A stretch of 63,800 nt of DNA, filler included, from Octopus bimaculoides (lineage: Eukaryota), in the NCBI RefSeq assembly GCF_001194135.2. It is 5 parts of 5 records of this genome, joined end to end, with 100 filler letters (N's around TTAATTAATTAA, not from the genome) between each part and the next. Parts side by side here need not be neighbours in the genome. Positions count along the whole stretch, not along the records: positions 62,395 to 63,800 come from NC_068982.1; 4 more parts are not named here. One strand, given 5' to 3'. The notes beneath the pieces were generated by a model. That model was not told the DNA's origin, searched no databases, and saw only the letters and a program-made list of their open reading frames with translations. This document shows positions 63,132 through 63,800 of this stretch, in pieces. Every line of letters begins with the position of its first letter. Within the stretch, counting starts at the first letter, position 1. The position numbers and the translations under genes are program-made.

Positions 63132-63134
63132 GCA
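63083..63134. repeat. (CA)17(CG)8 alternating purine-pyrimidine tract
   Basis: Direct reading. Confidence 0.9.
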
Positions 63135-63324
63135 TTGACCAGATGCCTTTGATCCTGTTAGCCTTTCCAAACTAACACTCTAGTAACAGGAGTAGAATGG
63201 TCCAAGATCAGTTCTCCATTGTCGTTCTTGAAGTAAATCTGGTGCAAATCTATTCATAAACACATTATTCAGCAAAAGGGCTTTTCATGTAAGTGAAATA
63301 TATATGGATATGTAAATGCTTGCA

Positions 63325-63395
<71 letters not shown>

Positions 63396-63457
63396 TGATG
63401 TATATATGTATGTATATGTGTATGTATGTGTCTATCTATCGATCTATCTATCTCTAT

Positions 63458-63510
<53 letters not shown>

Positions 63511-63606
63511 CGCACACATATATTTGGCAAAAGCATGACCGTCCCGAACAAAATACTATATACATATATACCTATACATAGATACGTATAGATACACAAA
63601 CACATG

Positions 63607-63641
<35 letters not shown>

Positions 63642-63800
63642 TAAAAAAATTTTTTTTATATATATATATATATGTAATAAATATAAAAGATAAAATGGGA
63701 TAAAAAAAATCCTGTCAGCTATCAAGTAAGCGCTGAGTATAAAGGAATAAGGTTATATTTCCAACAGGAAGATACCAGTAAATGTATGCAGAATACAAAT

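Overview
Repeat-dense, N-gapped eukaryotic draft sequence. The SINE families and microsatellite load look like an Octopus (cephalopod) genome; this is recognition from memory, not a database check. The only host coding sequence I can support is two minus-strand exons (55487-55676, 53745-54293) of an Mnt (Max-network bHLH-ZIP repressor) orthologue. They cover the leucine zipper, the STSTAS-E/G motif and a Ser/Pro/Thr-rich tail. The SID and bHLH exons are not visible. Upstream of these exons is a CpG-rich patch with three CACGTG E-boxes, an NF-Y CCAAT box and a CRE. The rest is transposon debris: several tRNA-derived SINE families (some with clean TSDs), Penelope-like fragments with hammerhead-ribozyme motifs, mariner, Tc1/maT-like and pogo remnants, a Helitron 3' end, TTAA-type MITEs and many microsatellites. 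The most unusual object is a composite at about 620-933 (minus): tRNA-like Pol III head, (AAT)n linker, near-complete minimal hammerhead ribozyme, enclosed by 29-bp inverted repeats. Nearly all ORFs in the supplied track are microsatellite or N-gap artefacts.
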